Shown piece after piece: positions 10,379 to 20,401 of a stretch of DNA of 64,000 bases. Positions within the stretch are counted from its first letter, which is position 1. Each line of letters opens with the position of its first letter. A model generated the notes under the pieces. The model was not told the origin of the DNA, made no database searches, and saw only the letters and a list, made by a program, of their open reading frames with translations. The DNA is from an uncultured Zetaproteobacteria bacterium (lineage in GTDB: Bacteria; Pseudomonadota; Zetaproteobacteria; Mariprofundales; Mariprofundaceae): NCBI GenBank assembly GCA_964503475.1, contig CAZCZU010000006.1:18610-82609 (forward strand), written 5' to 3'. The position numbers and the translations under genes were made by a program.

Positions 10379-11188
10379 TCACCCCTCCTGCTGCCTGCGC
10401 ACATCCAAATGATCGCGCAGCGCATCGCCGAGCAGATTGACCGCCATCACCAGCGCAAACAGCACCAGCCCCGGCCAGATCACCAGTTGCGGCGAGACCA
10501 GCATCAGACGCGAACCTTCACGGATCATGGTCCCGAGCGAGGCATCCGGCGGCTGCACACCCACTCCGAGGAAAGAGAGGCCCGCCTCACCGATCACGAC
10601 GGCCGCCAGGCCGAAGCTCGCCTCGACCAGCAAGGGGGCCGCGATATTGGGCAGCAGGTGACGCACGGCGATATAGGGAAATCCGAGGCCATTGGCACGC
10701 GCCGCCTCGACAAAGGGAACGCCCTTGAGCGACAGCACCTGCGCCCGGGTCAGGCGAGCAAAGCCGACCCAGCCGACCACGACCAGGGCCAGAATCAGGT
10801 TGTCGACCCCGGGCCCCAGCATCGCCGCCATGGCGATGGCCAGCAGGATACCGGGAAAGGAGAGCACGATATCGGCCAGGCGCATCAGCAGTGCATCGAT
10901 ACGCCCGCCCATCCAGCCGGAAATCAGGCCGATCGAGATGCCAACCATGCCGCCGAAGCAGATCACGCTCACACCCACCATCAGCGAAAGGCGCAACCCC
11001 TCCGACAAGCGTGCCAGCACGTCGCGCCCCAGTGCGTCGCAGCCCAGCGGATGCGCCAGCGTGGCGGAGGCCAGCACGGCATCGAGGTTCACGGCATGGC
11101 CGTCCAGCCCATAGAGGGCGGATGCGATGAGCACCAGCAACGGCAGGGCCAGGCAGAGCATGACCAGTACAAGGCTGGTTCTAGACAT
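10379..11188 (-). CDS. ABC transporter permease, DppC/OppC type
   Basis: Start taken at ATG 11188 (MSRTSLVLVMLCL...), which overlaps the upstream permease stop. BPD-transporter EAA-like loop (VEAARANGLGFPYIAVRHLLPN). Confidence 0.85.
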   Translation of the reverse strand: MSRTSLVLVMLCLALPLLVLIASALYGLDGHAVNLDAVLASATLAHPLGCDALGRDVLARLSEGLRLSLMVGVSVICFGGMVGISIGLISGWMGGRIDALLMRLADIVLSFPGILLAIAMAAMLGPGVDNLILALVVVGWVGFARLTRAQVLSLKGVPFVEAARANGLGFPYIAVRHLLPNIAAPLLVEASFGLAAVVIGEAGLSFLGVGVQPPDASLGTMIREGSRLMLVSPQLVIWPGLVLFALVMAVNLLGDALRDHLDVRRQQEG

Positions 11189-12104
11189 TGCGCTGCCTCG
11201 GATCGAGCCACAGCCCCAGCAGATCGGCCAGCAGGTTGGCCAGCACATAGAAGCTGGCGATGATCAGTACACAGCCCTGCACCAGGGGATAATCGCGCCG
11301 CTGGATCGCCTCGATGGTGAGCAACCCCAGCCCCGGCCAGTCGAATACGGTCTCGGTGATCACCGCCCCGCCCAGCACAGCCCCCATCTGCAGGGCAAAC
11401 ATGGTGATGACCGGAATGGCGGCGATACGGGCGGCATGCCGCCACCAGATGGTGCGCTCGGCGACACCGAAGGCGCGCGCCGTACGCACCGCATCCATGC
11501 CCATCGCCTCCAGCCAGCTGGAGCGGGCCATGCGCGACAAAACGGCGGCCAGTGCCGTGCCCAGCGTGATGGCCGGCAACACGATACTGCCGGGCTGTTC
11601 CATGCCCGAGACCGGCAGCCAGCCAAGGAAAACGGCAAAAACAAGCATCAGCACCGGGCCGAGCCAGAAATTGGGAATCGAAACCCCGAGCAGCGAAAAG
11701 GCCATCGCCCCCGCATCCTGGGCATGGCCCGCATGGCGGGCGGCCCAATAGCCGAGTGGCAGGGCCAGGAGCAGGGCCAGAATCAGGCTGACGATGGCAA
11801 GCCTGGCCGTGGCGGGCAGCCGCTCCATGATCAGCTCCAGTACACCGCGGTGGTCGACAAGGCTCGTGCCCCAGTCGCCACTCACCAGGCCAGCGAGATA
11901 GTGGATATACTGGGTCGGAAGCGGTTCATCAAGATGCAGGGCGCTGCGCAAGGCCTCACGATCGGCCGGCATCGCCGTCTCGCCCAACAGCGCATCGACC
12001 GGATCGCCCGGCACCATGTGCAGCAGGAAAAAAACCAGTGTGGCCACACCCAGCAGTGTCGGCACCGCCTGCACGATTCGGATCAGGATCACTCGCCCCA
12101 GCAT
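11181..12104 (-). CDS. ABC transporter permease, DppB/OppB type
   Basis: 307 aa. N-terminus (ILIRIVQAVPTLLGVATLVFFLLHMVPGDP) is typical of DppB/OppB permeases. Confidence 0.85.
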   Translation of the reverse strand: MLGRVILIRIVQAVPTLLGVATLVFFLLHMVPGDPVDALLGETAMPADREALRSALHLDEPLPTQYIHYLAGLVSGDWGTSLVDHRGVLELIMERLPATARLAIVSLILALLLALPLGYWAARHAGHAQDAGAMAFSLLGVSIPNFWLGPVLMLVFAVFLGWLPVSGMEQPGSIVLPAITLGTALAAVLSRMARSSWLEAMGMDAVRTARAFGVAERTIWWRHAARIAAIPVITMFALQMGAVLGGAVITETVFDWPGLGLLTIEAIQRRDYPLVQGCVLIIASFYVLANLLADLLGLWLDPRQRNV

Positions 12105-12180
12105 GCGAGCAGACTAGGCGCTGTGCGGGGGAATATCGAGCGCTTGCCATCGGGGCCTGCGCACCGCAGCTTTACCGGTC

Positions 12181-12885
12181 ATGGTTGCCCAGCATTTTGA
12201 CCCCGAAGAGATTGCAAAATTCGAAGCCATTGCCGCCGAATGGTGGGATCCGCACGGCCGTTTCAAACCGTTGCACCGGATCAACCCGATCCGGCTCGAT
12301 TACATCGGCCGGCAGATGAAGCTGGAAGGCGCTTCGGTGCTCGACGTCGGCTGTGGCGGCGGCCTGCTGGCCGAAGGTATGGCCGGACGCGGCGCCGTGG
12401 TTACCGGCATCGACCGTTCGCCGAAGGCGCTGGGTGTGGCTCGCCTGCATGCCGAACAGAGCGGCACGGCTGTCGACTATGTCGAGAACGATGCCATCCA
12501 CTGGGCCGGCGAGCATGCCGGGGCTTACGATGCCGTCACCTGCCTGGAGGTGCTGGAGCATGTGCCGGATGTCGAGGCAACCGTGGCCGCCTGTGCGGAC
12601 CTGATCAAGCCGGGCGGTCACTTCTTCTTCGCCACCCTGAACCGCACCCCTGTATCTTACCTGAAGGCGATCATCGGCGCCGAATACATCATGGGCTGGC
12701 TGCCGAAGGGCACGCATCAATATGCCAAGTTCATTCGCCCTTCCGAGCTGGTCTCGGCCATGAACCATGCCGGCCTTGAGACCCGCGAACTGACCGGCAT
12801 GTCCTATCGCCTGCTGTCGGACGATTTCGTTCTATCCAAAGACCTGTCGGTCAACTACCTGGGCTACGCCGTCAAACCGGCCTGA
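12181..12885 (+). CDS. ubiG: Ubiquinone biosynthesis O-methyltransferase UbiG
   Basis: 234 aa with EIAKFEAIAAEWWDPHGRFKPLHRINPIRLDYI and the SAM motif VLDVGCGGGLLAE. Confidence 0.9.
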   Translation: MVAQHFDPEEIAKFEAIAAEWWDPHGRFKPLHRINPIRLDYIGRQMKLEGASVLDVGCGGGLLAEGMAGRGAVVTGIDRSPKALGVARLHAEQSGTAVDYVENDAIHWAGEHAGAYDAVTCLEVLEHVPDVEATVAACADLIKPGGHFFFATLNRTPVSYLKAIIGAEYIMGWLPKGTHQYAKFIRPSELVSAMNHAGLETRELTGMSYRLLSDDFVLSKDLSVNYLGYAVKPA

Positions 12886-12926
12886 TTCCGTAGACGCCGA
12901 CCGCACGCAAGCTAGAGTCCGCCGCC

Positions 12927-14999
12927 ATGCGACGTATTACCGTTCCCGTTCTGGCCACTGCCCTTTGCACCGCCAGTACCGTCTGGGCTGCCGGCACCGA
13001 TATCGCTGCCGATACGCTGACCCGTCGCAGCGATGGCGTGGTCGTGGCCGAAGGCAATGTCATCATCCATCGCAAAGGCGAAACCCTGAAAGCGGACGAG
13101 ATTCGTTATGATGCCGCCAACAAGCAGCTTGAGGCCGAAGGGCATGTAAAGATCGAATCGAATTCGGCCGAAATCTCGGCCGAATCGGGCACCCTGCATA
13201 CCGAAGACAAAACCGGTGAGCTGCACAAGGCCACAGCGATCCTGAAAAACGGCGAACGCCTCTCCGCCGATCGTTTCCGACGCATCGACGATAACCACTT
13301 TTCGGTCGAGGGGGTCACCTTCACCACCTGTCCGCCCGACGCCCAGACCTGGCTTCTGCGCGCCTCCCGTGCCGACGTCGACCAGGAGGAAGGGGTGATG
13401 AAGGCACGCAATGTCCGTTTCGAACTGGCCGGCCTGCCGGTCTTCTACAGCCCCTACATGAGCCAGCCCCTGCGCCGCAAGTCCGGCCTGCTGCTTCCCT
13501 TTGCCGGCACCAGCAAACAGCGCGGCACCGAACTGGCCCTGCCGCTCTATCTTGCCCCGGCCCCGAACTGGGATGCCACCATTACGCCCCACTCGATGAC
13601 GGCACGCGGCACCATGGCCGAAACCGAGATTCGCCATGCGTCAGACAAGGGCTATGAAGAGCTGCAGTGGGATAGCATCCACGACCGTCAGACTGCCTAC
13701 AATCGCCAGCGCCTGCGTGCGAAAGTTACGCATGCCCTTCCGGGTAACTGGCAACTCAACAGCAATATCGACCATGTCAGCGATCACCAGTACCTGACCG
13801 ATTTCTCGACCCGCCCGGAAGATGTGGCGGCACGCTTTTTGACCAGCACGGCCGGCCTGAACTGGCAGGGTGATCTGGGCACGGCCAGCCTCTTTGGTCA
13901 GACCCAGCAGGATCTGGCGCTCCCCAGCGATGCCACAACCCTGCAGATCCTGCCGCGCCTGCAGAGTGACCTGGTCATGCAGGGGCAGCACCTCGACCTT
14001 CACTTCGAGCAGCAGAGCACCCGCTTTGCCCGCAATAGCGGCCTCGACGGCTGGCGCGTCGTGCTTCACCCTTGGCTCGAACTGCCCTGGCAGAGCGAAA
14101 CAGGAGCGGCCACAACGACGCTGCGCCTCGGTGCCCGCCATACCCGCTACTGGCTGAACGGCATGACCGCCGGCAATCCCGCGATTGCCAAACAGACCAA
14201 TTATGAGGCCAGCCTGACCAGCCGTGTCGATTTCGAACGCATCAGCGCCAATCGTCACTGGCGGCACACCATCTCACCGGTGCTACGCTACGATTATGCG
14301 ACCGCCCCGGCCCAGGCTGCCCTGCCCAATTTCGACTCCGCCTTCGGCAACCTGACCATCCAGAACCTGATGAACGGCAACCGCTTCAGCGGCCAGGATC
14401 GATTCGAACGCATGCACCGCATCAGCGCCCTGCTGGAAACCGCTCTGCAAAACAAAGCGAAGGCGAATCAGCCGGTGCGCGAGGTACTGCAGATGCGTTT
14501 TGGCGCCGCTTACAATATCCGGCGCCAGACGGTCGACCCAAACCTGAAACAGGTGGCCACACGCCCCTTCTCCAACCTGGTCGGAGATATGATGCTCTCA
14601 CCGCTGGACGGCATCCGCCTCTCCGGCGGCGGCCAATACAACCCCGTCGACCATTACTGGGCCACGGCGCATGCCGACCTGATGCTCTCCCACCCTTACG
14701 GGCACCGGCTCGATGTGCACTGGCAGCAGACCGACCGCCGCTATGCCACCGCCTCGAAGCTGATCAGCACCAACGCCCTGATCCAGCTTGCCCAACGCTG
14801 GCAGGCCACCGGCCGCTGGCAATACGATCCGCGGCTGAAACTGACCCAGCAGGCCAGCGCCGGCATCCACTACCAGCACCCCTGCTGGGATTTAACCATC
14901 GAGGGCTATCGCATCCATCGTACCGGCACTGTGAACTCGAGCGACAGCGGCTACCGTTTCTTGCTCGGCTTCAAGGGGCTGGGTAGCGTCGGTTCATAA
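12927..14999 (+). CDS. lptD: LPS-assembly outer-membrane protein LptD (OstA)
   Basis: 690 aa with a signal peptide, an OstA N-terminal domain and a large beta-barrel. lptD-surA-pdxA synteny. Confidence 0.9.
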   Translation: MRRITVPVLATALCTASTVWAAGTDIAADTLTRRSDGVVVAEGNVIIHRKGETLKADEIRYDAANKQLEAEGHVKIESNSAEISAESGTLHTEDKTGELHKATAILKNGERLSADRFRRIDDNHFSVEGVTFTTCPPDAQTWLLRASRADVDQEEGVMKARNVRFELAGLPVFYSPYMSQPLRRKSGLLLPFAGTSKQRGTELALPLYLAPAPNWDATITPHSMTARGTMAETEIRHASDKGYEELQWDSIHDRQTAYNRQRLRAKVTHALPGNWQLNSNIDHVSDHQYLTDFSTRPEDVAARFLTSTAGLNWQGDLGTASLFGQTQQDLALPSDATTLQILPRLQSDLVMQGQHLDLHFEQQSTRFARNSGLDGWRVVLHPWLELPWQSETGAATTTLRLGARHTRYWLNGMTAGNPAIAKQTNYEASLTSRVDFERISANRHWRHTISPVLRYDYATAPAQAALPNFDSAFGNLTIQNLMNGNRFSGQDRFERMHRISALLETALQNKAKANQPVREVLQMRFGAAYNIRRQTVDPNLKQVATRPFSNLVGDMMLSPLDGIRLSGGGQYNPVDHYWATAHADLMLSHPYGHRLDVHWQQTDRRYATASKLISTNALIQLAQRWQATGRWQYDPRLKLTQQASAGIHYQHPCWDLTIEGYRIHRTGTVNSSDSGYRFLLGFKGLGSVGS

Positions 15000-15073
15000 T
15001 GCCGCTTTGCCGCTGTTCCCGGCGCACGCCGGCATCCCATCCCCTTTGCGCCAATCCCGTTTCCGGAGGCTTC

Positions 15074-16387
15074 ATGCACATCCTGCTCACACCGCTCATG
15101 CTTATCCTGCTGCTGCCTGCCATGGCTCATGCCACGGAGCAGCTCGATTCGGTCGCGGCCGTCGTCAACGGCCAGGCCATCACCTGCTACCAGGTGGAAC
15201 AGGACAAGGATCAGCTGGTACAGCAGATTCGCCAGGCAGGCGTCAGCACGCTGCCGGAAAACAAGACCCTGCTGAAACGTGCCCTCGACAGCCGTATCAC
15301 CCATACGCTTGAGGAGCAGGAGGCGCACAAGCTCGGTATCCATATCAGCGATGACGATATCGACCAGGCCATCAGCAACATCGAAACCCAGAACAATATC
15401 CCGGCCGGTCGCCTTAAGGATGTCCTGAAAGCACGCGGCCTCGACTACGATACCTATCGTGAAAACCTCAGGGAGCGCCTGCTGACCGGCAAAGTGGTCA
15501 ACCTGGCCGTACGCAGCAAACTGAAGGTGAGCGAGGAGTCGATGCGCGAGTACTACCGCAAATACCTCAAGGATCCGAAGCCGATCCGCGAGGTGCGCCT
15601 CTCCCAGATCTTCGTGGCCCTGCCTCAGGCTCCGACCCCGGCCCAGGTGAGCAAGGCCCAGCAGAAAGCCGAACGCATTTATGCCCGCCTGCAGAACGGA
15701 GCCGACTTCAATCACCTGGTCACCATCCTCTCGGACGGCCCCAACGCCAGTCAGGGTGGCGGTATCGGCTGGTTCGCCCCCGGCGGCATCTCCCAGGTCT
15801 TCGCATCGGTGTTCGGGCTGAAAAAAGGCCAATACACCCGGCCGATCCGTTCACCGGCCGGCTTCCATATCATGAAGGTGACGGACGAACGCCTGCAGAA
15901 GCCGGATGTCGGCAAAAGCTACGATGAGGTGAAGGCAAGCCATATCCTGATCCAGATTCCGGAAAGTGCGGATGAGCACACCCGCGCCAAGATCATGCTG
16001 CGCGCCAAGAACATCGCCCGCGACATGCAGGATGCCAGCAATGAGGAGTTCGCCAACCGTGCCAAGGAGATTTCGCAGGGACCAAGCGCTTCCCGCGGCG
16101 GCGATCTTGGCTGGTTCAAGCATGGCCAGATGCTGCCCGCCTTCGAAAAGGCAGCCTTTGCCCTCGAGCCTGGCCAGACCAGCGGCGTGGTGCAGTCGCA
16201 GTACGGCCTGCATATCATTCGTGTCACCGGCAAACGCCATATCGATCCGAATGCCTTCGAGGCACACCGCGATCAGATCGAACAGATCCTGATCAACTCC
16301 GAGATGCAGCAGCAGGTACCACGCTGGCTCAACGGCCTGCGCAGCAAGGCCACAATCACCGAATTCGGCTGCACCTCCGACCAGTGA
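15074..16387 (+). CDS. surA: Periplasmic chaperone / peptidyl-prolyl isomerase SurA
   Basis: Start at ATG 15074 (MHILLTPLMLILLLPAMAHA signal peptide). Two parvulin PPIase domains (HILI..., GGDLGWF twice). Confidence 0.9.
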   Translation: MHILLTPLMLILLLPAMAHATEQLDSVAAVVNGQAITCYQVEQDKDQLVQQIRQAGVSTLPENKTLLKRALDSRITHTLEEQEAHKLGIHISDDDIDQAISNIETQNNIPAGRLKDVLKARGLDYDTYRENLRERLLTGKVVNLAVRSKLKVSEESMREYYRKYLKDPKPIREVRLSQIFVALPQAPTPAQVSKAQQKAERIYARLQNGADFNHLVTILSDGPNASQGGGIGWFAPGGISQVFASVFGLKKGQYTRPIRSPAGFHIMKVTDERLQKPDVGKSYDEVKASHILIQIPESADEHTRAKIMLRAKNIARDMQDASNEEFANRAKEISQGPSASRGGDLGWFKHGQMLPAFEKAAFALEPGQTSGVVQSQYGLHIIRVTGKRHIDPNAFEAHRDQIEQILINSEMQQQVPRWLNGLRSKATITEFGCTSDQ

Positions 16388-17370
16388 CCCGTCCCCTGCT
16401 GATTACGGTCGGCGAGCCGGCCGGCATCGGCCCCGACTGCGTCCTGCTCACCTGGCGTGCCGCATCCGATCTGTTTCGCGATGCCCGCATCGTCTGCCCG
16501 CCGCTATGGCTTGAGCAGCGCGCGGCCGAGCTCGGTATCGAGGTCGTCATTCACGATTCCGCACTGCAATCGGATACCCATGCCCCCGGCCTGCACTGCT
16601 GGAACCCGCTGAACGAAGCGGCTGCCCCAGCCACGGCCGGCACCCCCTCCGCCTCGACCGCGGCCCAGGTGGTCGCCTGCATCGAGGCGGCTGCGCGCGC
16701 CTGCCTGGCCGGTGAAGCTGCCGCCATGGTCACCGGCCCGATCGAGAAAGCGATCCTGCGCAACTGCGGCTTTGCCTGGCCGGGACACACCGAGTTTCTC
16801 GCCCATCTGGCCTCCGACAGCGATTTTGTCATGATGCTCGCCTCCGACCAGCTGCGCGTGGCCCTGCTGACCACGCACCTGGCCATCGCCGATGTGCCGG
16901 CGGCGCTATCGACGGAGGCGACACTTGCCTGCCTGCGCATCACCCACCGCGACCTGCGTGAGCGCTTCGGTATCGCATCGCCGAAGCTCGGGCTCTGCGG
17001 TCTCAACCCGCATGCCGGCGAACAGGGCCACTTCGGCCGCGAGGAGATCGACATTCTCGCTCCGGCCGCAGCACAGTCCATGGCCGAAGGGATCGATATC
17101 GAGGGGCCGTTGCCGGCCGACACCCTCTTCGCCACCGGTATGCGCCAGCGCTTCGATGCCATCGTCTGCTGTTACCACGACCAGGGACTGATTCCATTGA
17201 AAACCCTCAGCTTCGGCGATGCGGTCAACGTCACCCTGGGCCTGCCCTTCATCCGCACCAGCGTCGACCACGGCACGGCCCTGACCCGTGCAGGCACCGG
17301 CGATGTGTCCTACAGTAGTTTTATGAATGCCATCGACCTGGCCGCCGCCATGCGCAGGAGGGCCGTATGA
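16384..17370 (+). CDS. pdxA: 4-hydroxythreonine-4-phosphate dehydrogenase PdxA
   Basis: 328 aa. GTG start overlaps the surA stop. Motifs ITVGEPAGIGPD, GLNPHAGE and HGTA. Confidence 0.92.
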   Translation: MTRPLLITVGEPAGIGPDCVLLTWRAASDLFRDARIVCPPLWLEQRAAELGIEVVIHDSALQSDTHAPGLHCWNPLNEAAAPATAGTPSASTAAQVVACIEAAARACLAGEAAAMVTGPIEKAILRNCGFAWPGHTEFLAHLASDSDFVMMLASDQLRVALLTTHLAIADVPAALSTEATLACLRITHRDLRERFGIASPKLGLCGLNPHAGEQGHFGREEIDILAPAAAQSMAEGIDIEGPLPADTLFATGMRQRFDAIVCCYHDQGLIPLKTLSFGDAVNVTLGLPFIRTSVDHGTALTRAGTGDVSYSSFMNAIDLAAAMRRRAV

Positions 17371-17942
17371 TCGTCAACAGCCTTGCCGGCCAGATTCTGC
17401 TGGCCACCCCCTCCCTGCAGGATCGCAACTTCAAGGATTCCGTCGTACTGCTCTGCCATCACGATGCCGAGGGCAGCATGGGCCTGATCATCAACCGTCC
17501 GCAGGAGATCATGGTGCGCGATGTGCTCGAGGATCTCGATCTGAAGGTGAACGACAGCTTGCTTGCGATGCTGCCGGAGCACCGCCTGCACTGTTACGAA
17601 GGCGGGCCGATCGATCCGTTCCGCGGCTTTGTGCTGCACGACAGCTGGCATATGTTTGAGTCGACCATGCAGGTCACCCCGGAGCTGCACCTGACCACCT
17701 CGCGCGACGTGCTGGAACAGATTGCGGCAGGTACAGGCCCCGAACACTTCCTGCTCATCCTCGGCTATGCCGGCTGGGACGGCGGCCAGCTGGAGCAGGA
17801 GCTGACCGACAACGACTGGCTGATTGCCGGCGTGAATCCGCATCTCGTCTTCGAAACCCCGCCCGAACACCGCTGGGCGCTGGGCGCACGCAGCATGGGG
17901 ATCGACAAGGCCCAGCTCACCACCCAGATTGGGCATGCGTGA
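17367..17942 (+). CDS. YqgE/AlgH family (UPF0301) protein
   Basis: 191 aa. LLATPSLQDRNFKDSVVLLCHHDAEGSMGLIINRP is the family N-terminal signature. Confidence 0.85.
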   Translation: MIVNSLAGQILLATPSLQDRNFKDSVVLLCHHDAEGSMGLIINRPQEIMVRDVLEDLDLKVNDSLLAMLPEHRLHCYEGGPIDPFRGFVLHDSWHMFESTMQVTPELHLTTSRDVLEQIAAGTGPEHFLLILGYAGWDGGQLEQELTDNDWLIAGVNPHLVFETPPEHRWALGARSMGIDKAQLTTQIGHA

Positions 17943-17951
17943 CGGGTACAA

Positions 17952-18048
17952 CTGATCGAAAGGCATCCTGCCTTTGATCAGTAACGCTTGGGCAAAAGTG
18001 TCATTTTACCCAAGCTCACAAAATCGGGTGGATGACCGCCCGATTTTG
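17952..18048 (+). terminator. Three consecutive ~30-nt hairpins downstream of the yqgE-like gene
   Basis: Hairpins at 17952-17981 (13 bp, one bulge), 17986-18015 (11 bp, one mismatch) and 18019-18048 (10 bp). Only the last is followed by a short T-containing tract. Function as terminators is inferred. Confidence 0.4.
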
Positions 18049-18120
18049 GCGGACCATGCATGGCCCGCACCTGGAGCAGAGCCCCGGTCACCCTGAAATT
18101 TTCACGGCAAGGATGCACGC

Positions 18121-18666
18121 ATGCAGATTCTGATCGCCTACCACTCCGATTACGGTGCCACAGAAAAGATGGCCCAGGCCATCGCGGCCGGCGCCAGGGT
18201 GGCCGACCCCGCCGTCGAAATCGTCTGCAAGCAGGCTCTGGAGACAACGCTGGAGGATCTCACATCGGCCGATGTCATCTTCTTCGGCACCCCGGTGCAC
18301 ATGGGGGCCATGGCCTGGCAGATGAAGAAACTGATCGATACCGGCGCCAAGCTGTGGATGGAAGGAGCCCTGGAGGGCAAGGTCGGCGGTGTCTTTGCCA
18401 GCGGCGGCGGCTTCGGCGGTGCCGGCGGCGGCGCCGAACAGGTACTGATCTCGCTCTATGCCAACTTCCTCGAGCATGGCATGCATGTCGTCGGCTTCCC
18501 TAAGAGTCTGCCCGGTTACTCGGGCGGCGGCCTGCACTGGGGCCCCTACGGGCGCACCGGCAACGACGAGGGCATGCCGGCCGGTATCGATGATGCGGCC
18601 CTGGCGGCCGCACGCAGCTACGGCACCCATGTCATCGAAGTGGCCGAGCGTCTGCTGGAGTCATGA
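18121..18666 (+). CDS. WrbA-type flavodoxin-like NAD(P)H:quinone oxidoreductase
   Basis: 181 aa with MQILIAYHSDYGATEKMAQAIA and FGTPVHMGAMAWQMK, indicating a flavodoxin-like fold. Confidence 0.8.
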   Translation: MQILIAYHSDYGATEKMAQAIAAGARVADPAVEIVCKQALETTLEDLTSADVIFFGTPVHMGAMAWQMKKLIDTGAKLWMEGALEGKVGGVFASGGGFGGAGGGAEQVLISLYANFLEHGMHVVGFPKSLPGYSGGGLHWGPYGRTGNDEGMPAGIDDAALAAARSYGTHVIEVAERLLES

Positions 18667-19082
18667 AGACAAACTTTTCGTTTCACCATGTGGCACTGAG
18701 TGTCAGTGACCTCGGGCTTGCGCAGGCGTTCTATCGTCGCTTCGGTTTCCATACGCTGCTGGAGTGGCAATCGGAGGATGGCGATCTGGCCATTGCCCAG
18801 ATGAAACTGGGAGAGATGATCCTGGAACTCTTCTGCTTTGCCGCTAACCACGGTCGCATGCCGGCCACCGAACCGCTATGGGACAACCTCCAGCAGACCG
18901 GGCCGCGCCACTTCGCCCTGCAGGTCGATGATCTGGAAGCAGCCCTGGATGAACTGATCGTCGAAGGGCTTGCCCCCACCGATGCCACGATCACAGAGGG
19001 CAAGACCGGCATCCGTTATCTCTTTATCCGCGATCCGGACGGCAACTTCATCGAGATCGCCGAGGATCGGCGCTTCACCTGA
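18663..19082 (+). CDS. VOC (glyoxalase/bleomycin-resistance/dioxygenase) family protein
   Basis: 139 aa. FHHVALSVSDLGLAQAFY and a HFALQV...FIRDPDGNFIEI pattern. Overlaps the wrbA-like stop. Confidence 0.75.
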   Translation: MKTNFSFHHVALSVSDLGLAQAFYRRFGFHTLLEWQSEDGDLAIAQMKLGEMILELFCFAANHGRMPATEPLWDNLQQTGPRHFALQVDDLEAALDELIVEGLAPTDATITEGKTGIRYLFIRDPDGNFIEIAEDRRFT

Positions 19083-19109
19083 CCCGTCTCACATCTCACA
19101 TGCTACGTC

Positions 19110-19697
19110 TTACGCTTCCCGGTTCATGAACTCGACCACCTGCTCATCGCCGTTGACAACGATGCGGCTCCAGCAGGCATAGGGCATCCCGACCCGGCGT
19201 GTCGCGGCAATCGGTGCATCCATCACATGCGCCAGCAGCATACGCAGGCTTCCGGAATGACCGACCACCAGCAGATGCCGGCCATCGTAGCGGCTGCACA
19301 CCTCATCCCACCACTCGCCGATACGCGCCTTCAGCTCCTCCGGGCTCTCACCGTTCGGCGGCCGCTTGCCGGTCGGATCCTGCCGCCACGGCCCCAGTTG
19401 CCCCGGGAATCGCTGTTCGATCTCCGCTTTGGTCAACCCCTCCCAGTCGCCGTAGGCCATCTCGGCGATGCGGGACTCGATGATGCATTCGATGCCGGCC
19501 TCGGCTGCCCAGTCGCGCGCCGGCCGGGCACAACGACTGCGCGGTGAACTGATGATCAGATCGCAATCCCTGCGCAACTGCTGCCATACGGCATCCATCA
19601 CCTGACGCCCTTCCGGCGTAAGCGCCTCCTCCATGGAGCCGCGATATTTGACGCCACCTTCAAGCGCACCGTGGCGCAGCAGATCGACTGTGATCAT
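19110..19697 (-). CDS. Histidine phosphatase family protein (phosphoglycerate mutase / CobC-like)
   Basis: 195 aa with the RHG motif (LLRHGALEG) and a second catalytic His context (VVGHSGSLR). Confidence 0.8.
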   Translation of the reverse strand: MITVDLLRHGALEGGVKYRGSMEEALTPEGRQVMDAVWQQLRRDCDLIISSPRSRCARPARDWAAEAGIECIIESRIAEMAYGDWEGLTKAEIEQRFPGQLGPWRQDPTGKRPPNGESPEELKARIGEWWDEVCSRYDGRHLLVVGHSGSLRMLLAHVMDAPIAATRRVGMPYACWSRIVVNGDEQVVEFMNREA

Positions 19698-19789
19698 CCT
19701 CTTTCTCCTTCAACCCCACGCATCGAGGGTGTTGCCATTTGGCCAAATCGGCTAACCTTTCCTGATCCGATGTCCAAAGGCAGGCCAAC

Positions 19790-20392
19790 GTGACCAACGA
19801 ATTCGACCCGAACAATCCGAAAAATGCAGCCGCCATGCAGCATGTGCAGGCGCTGCTGGAATATATCGGCGAGGACCCGTCCCGCGAAGGGTTGATCGAG
19901 ACCCCGGCCCGTGTCCTCTCGGCCATGCAGGAGCATTTCGCCGGCTATCGCGAAGACCCGCGCGACCATCTCTCCAAGACCTTCGAAGAGGTCGAGGGTT
20001 ACGATGAGGTGGTACTGGTCTCCGATATCGACATCCACAGCCACTGCGAACATCACATGGTCCCCTTCGTCGGCAAGGCGCACATCGCCTATATCCCCAA
20101 CGGCCGTGTTGTCGGCCTCTCGAAGCTGGCCCGGGTCACCGAAGGCTACGCCAAGCGCCTGCAGGTGCAGGAGAAGCTGACCATGCAGATCGCCAACGCC
20201 ATCGAGGAGGAGCTTCAGCCGGCCGGTGTTGCGGTCATCATCCAGTGCCAGCACTTCTGCATGTGCCACCGCGGCATCCACAAGCCCAACTCCTGGACCA
20301 CCACCTCCAAGCTGACCGGCGCCTTTTTGAACAACCCCTCTTCACGCACCGAACTGTTCCAGCTGATCGGCATGAAGAAGAGCTGGGACTAG
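19790..20392 (+). CDS. folE: GTP cyclohydrolase I FolE
   Basis: 200 aa, GTG start. Motifs [18 protein letters not shown] and QERLT-like QEKLT. Confidence 0.93.
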   Translation: MTNEFDPNNPKNAAAMQHVQALLEYIGEDPSREGLIETPARVLSAMQEHFAGYREDPRDHLSKTFEEVEGYDEVVLVSDIDIHSHCEHHMVPFVGKAHIAYIPNGRVVGLSKLARVTEGYAKRLQVQEKLTMQIANAIEEELQPAGVAVIIQCQHFCMCHRGIHKPNSWTTTSKLTGAFLNNPSSRTELFQLIGMKKSWD

Positions 20393-20401
20393 GCGCCCGG
20401 C

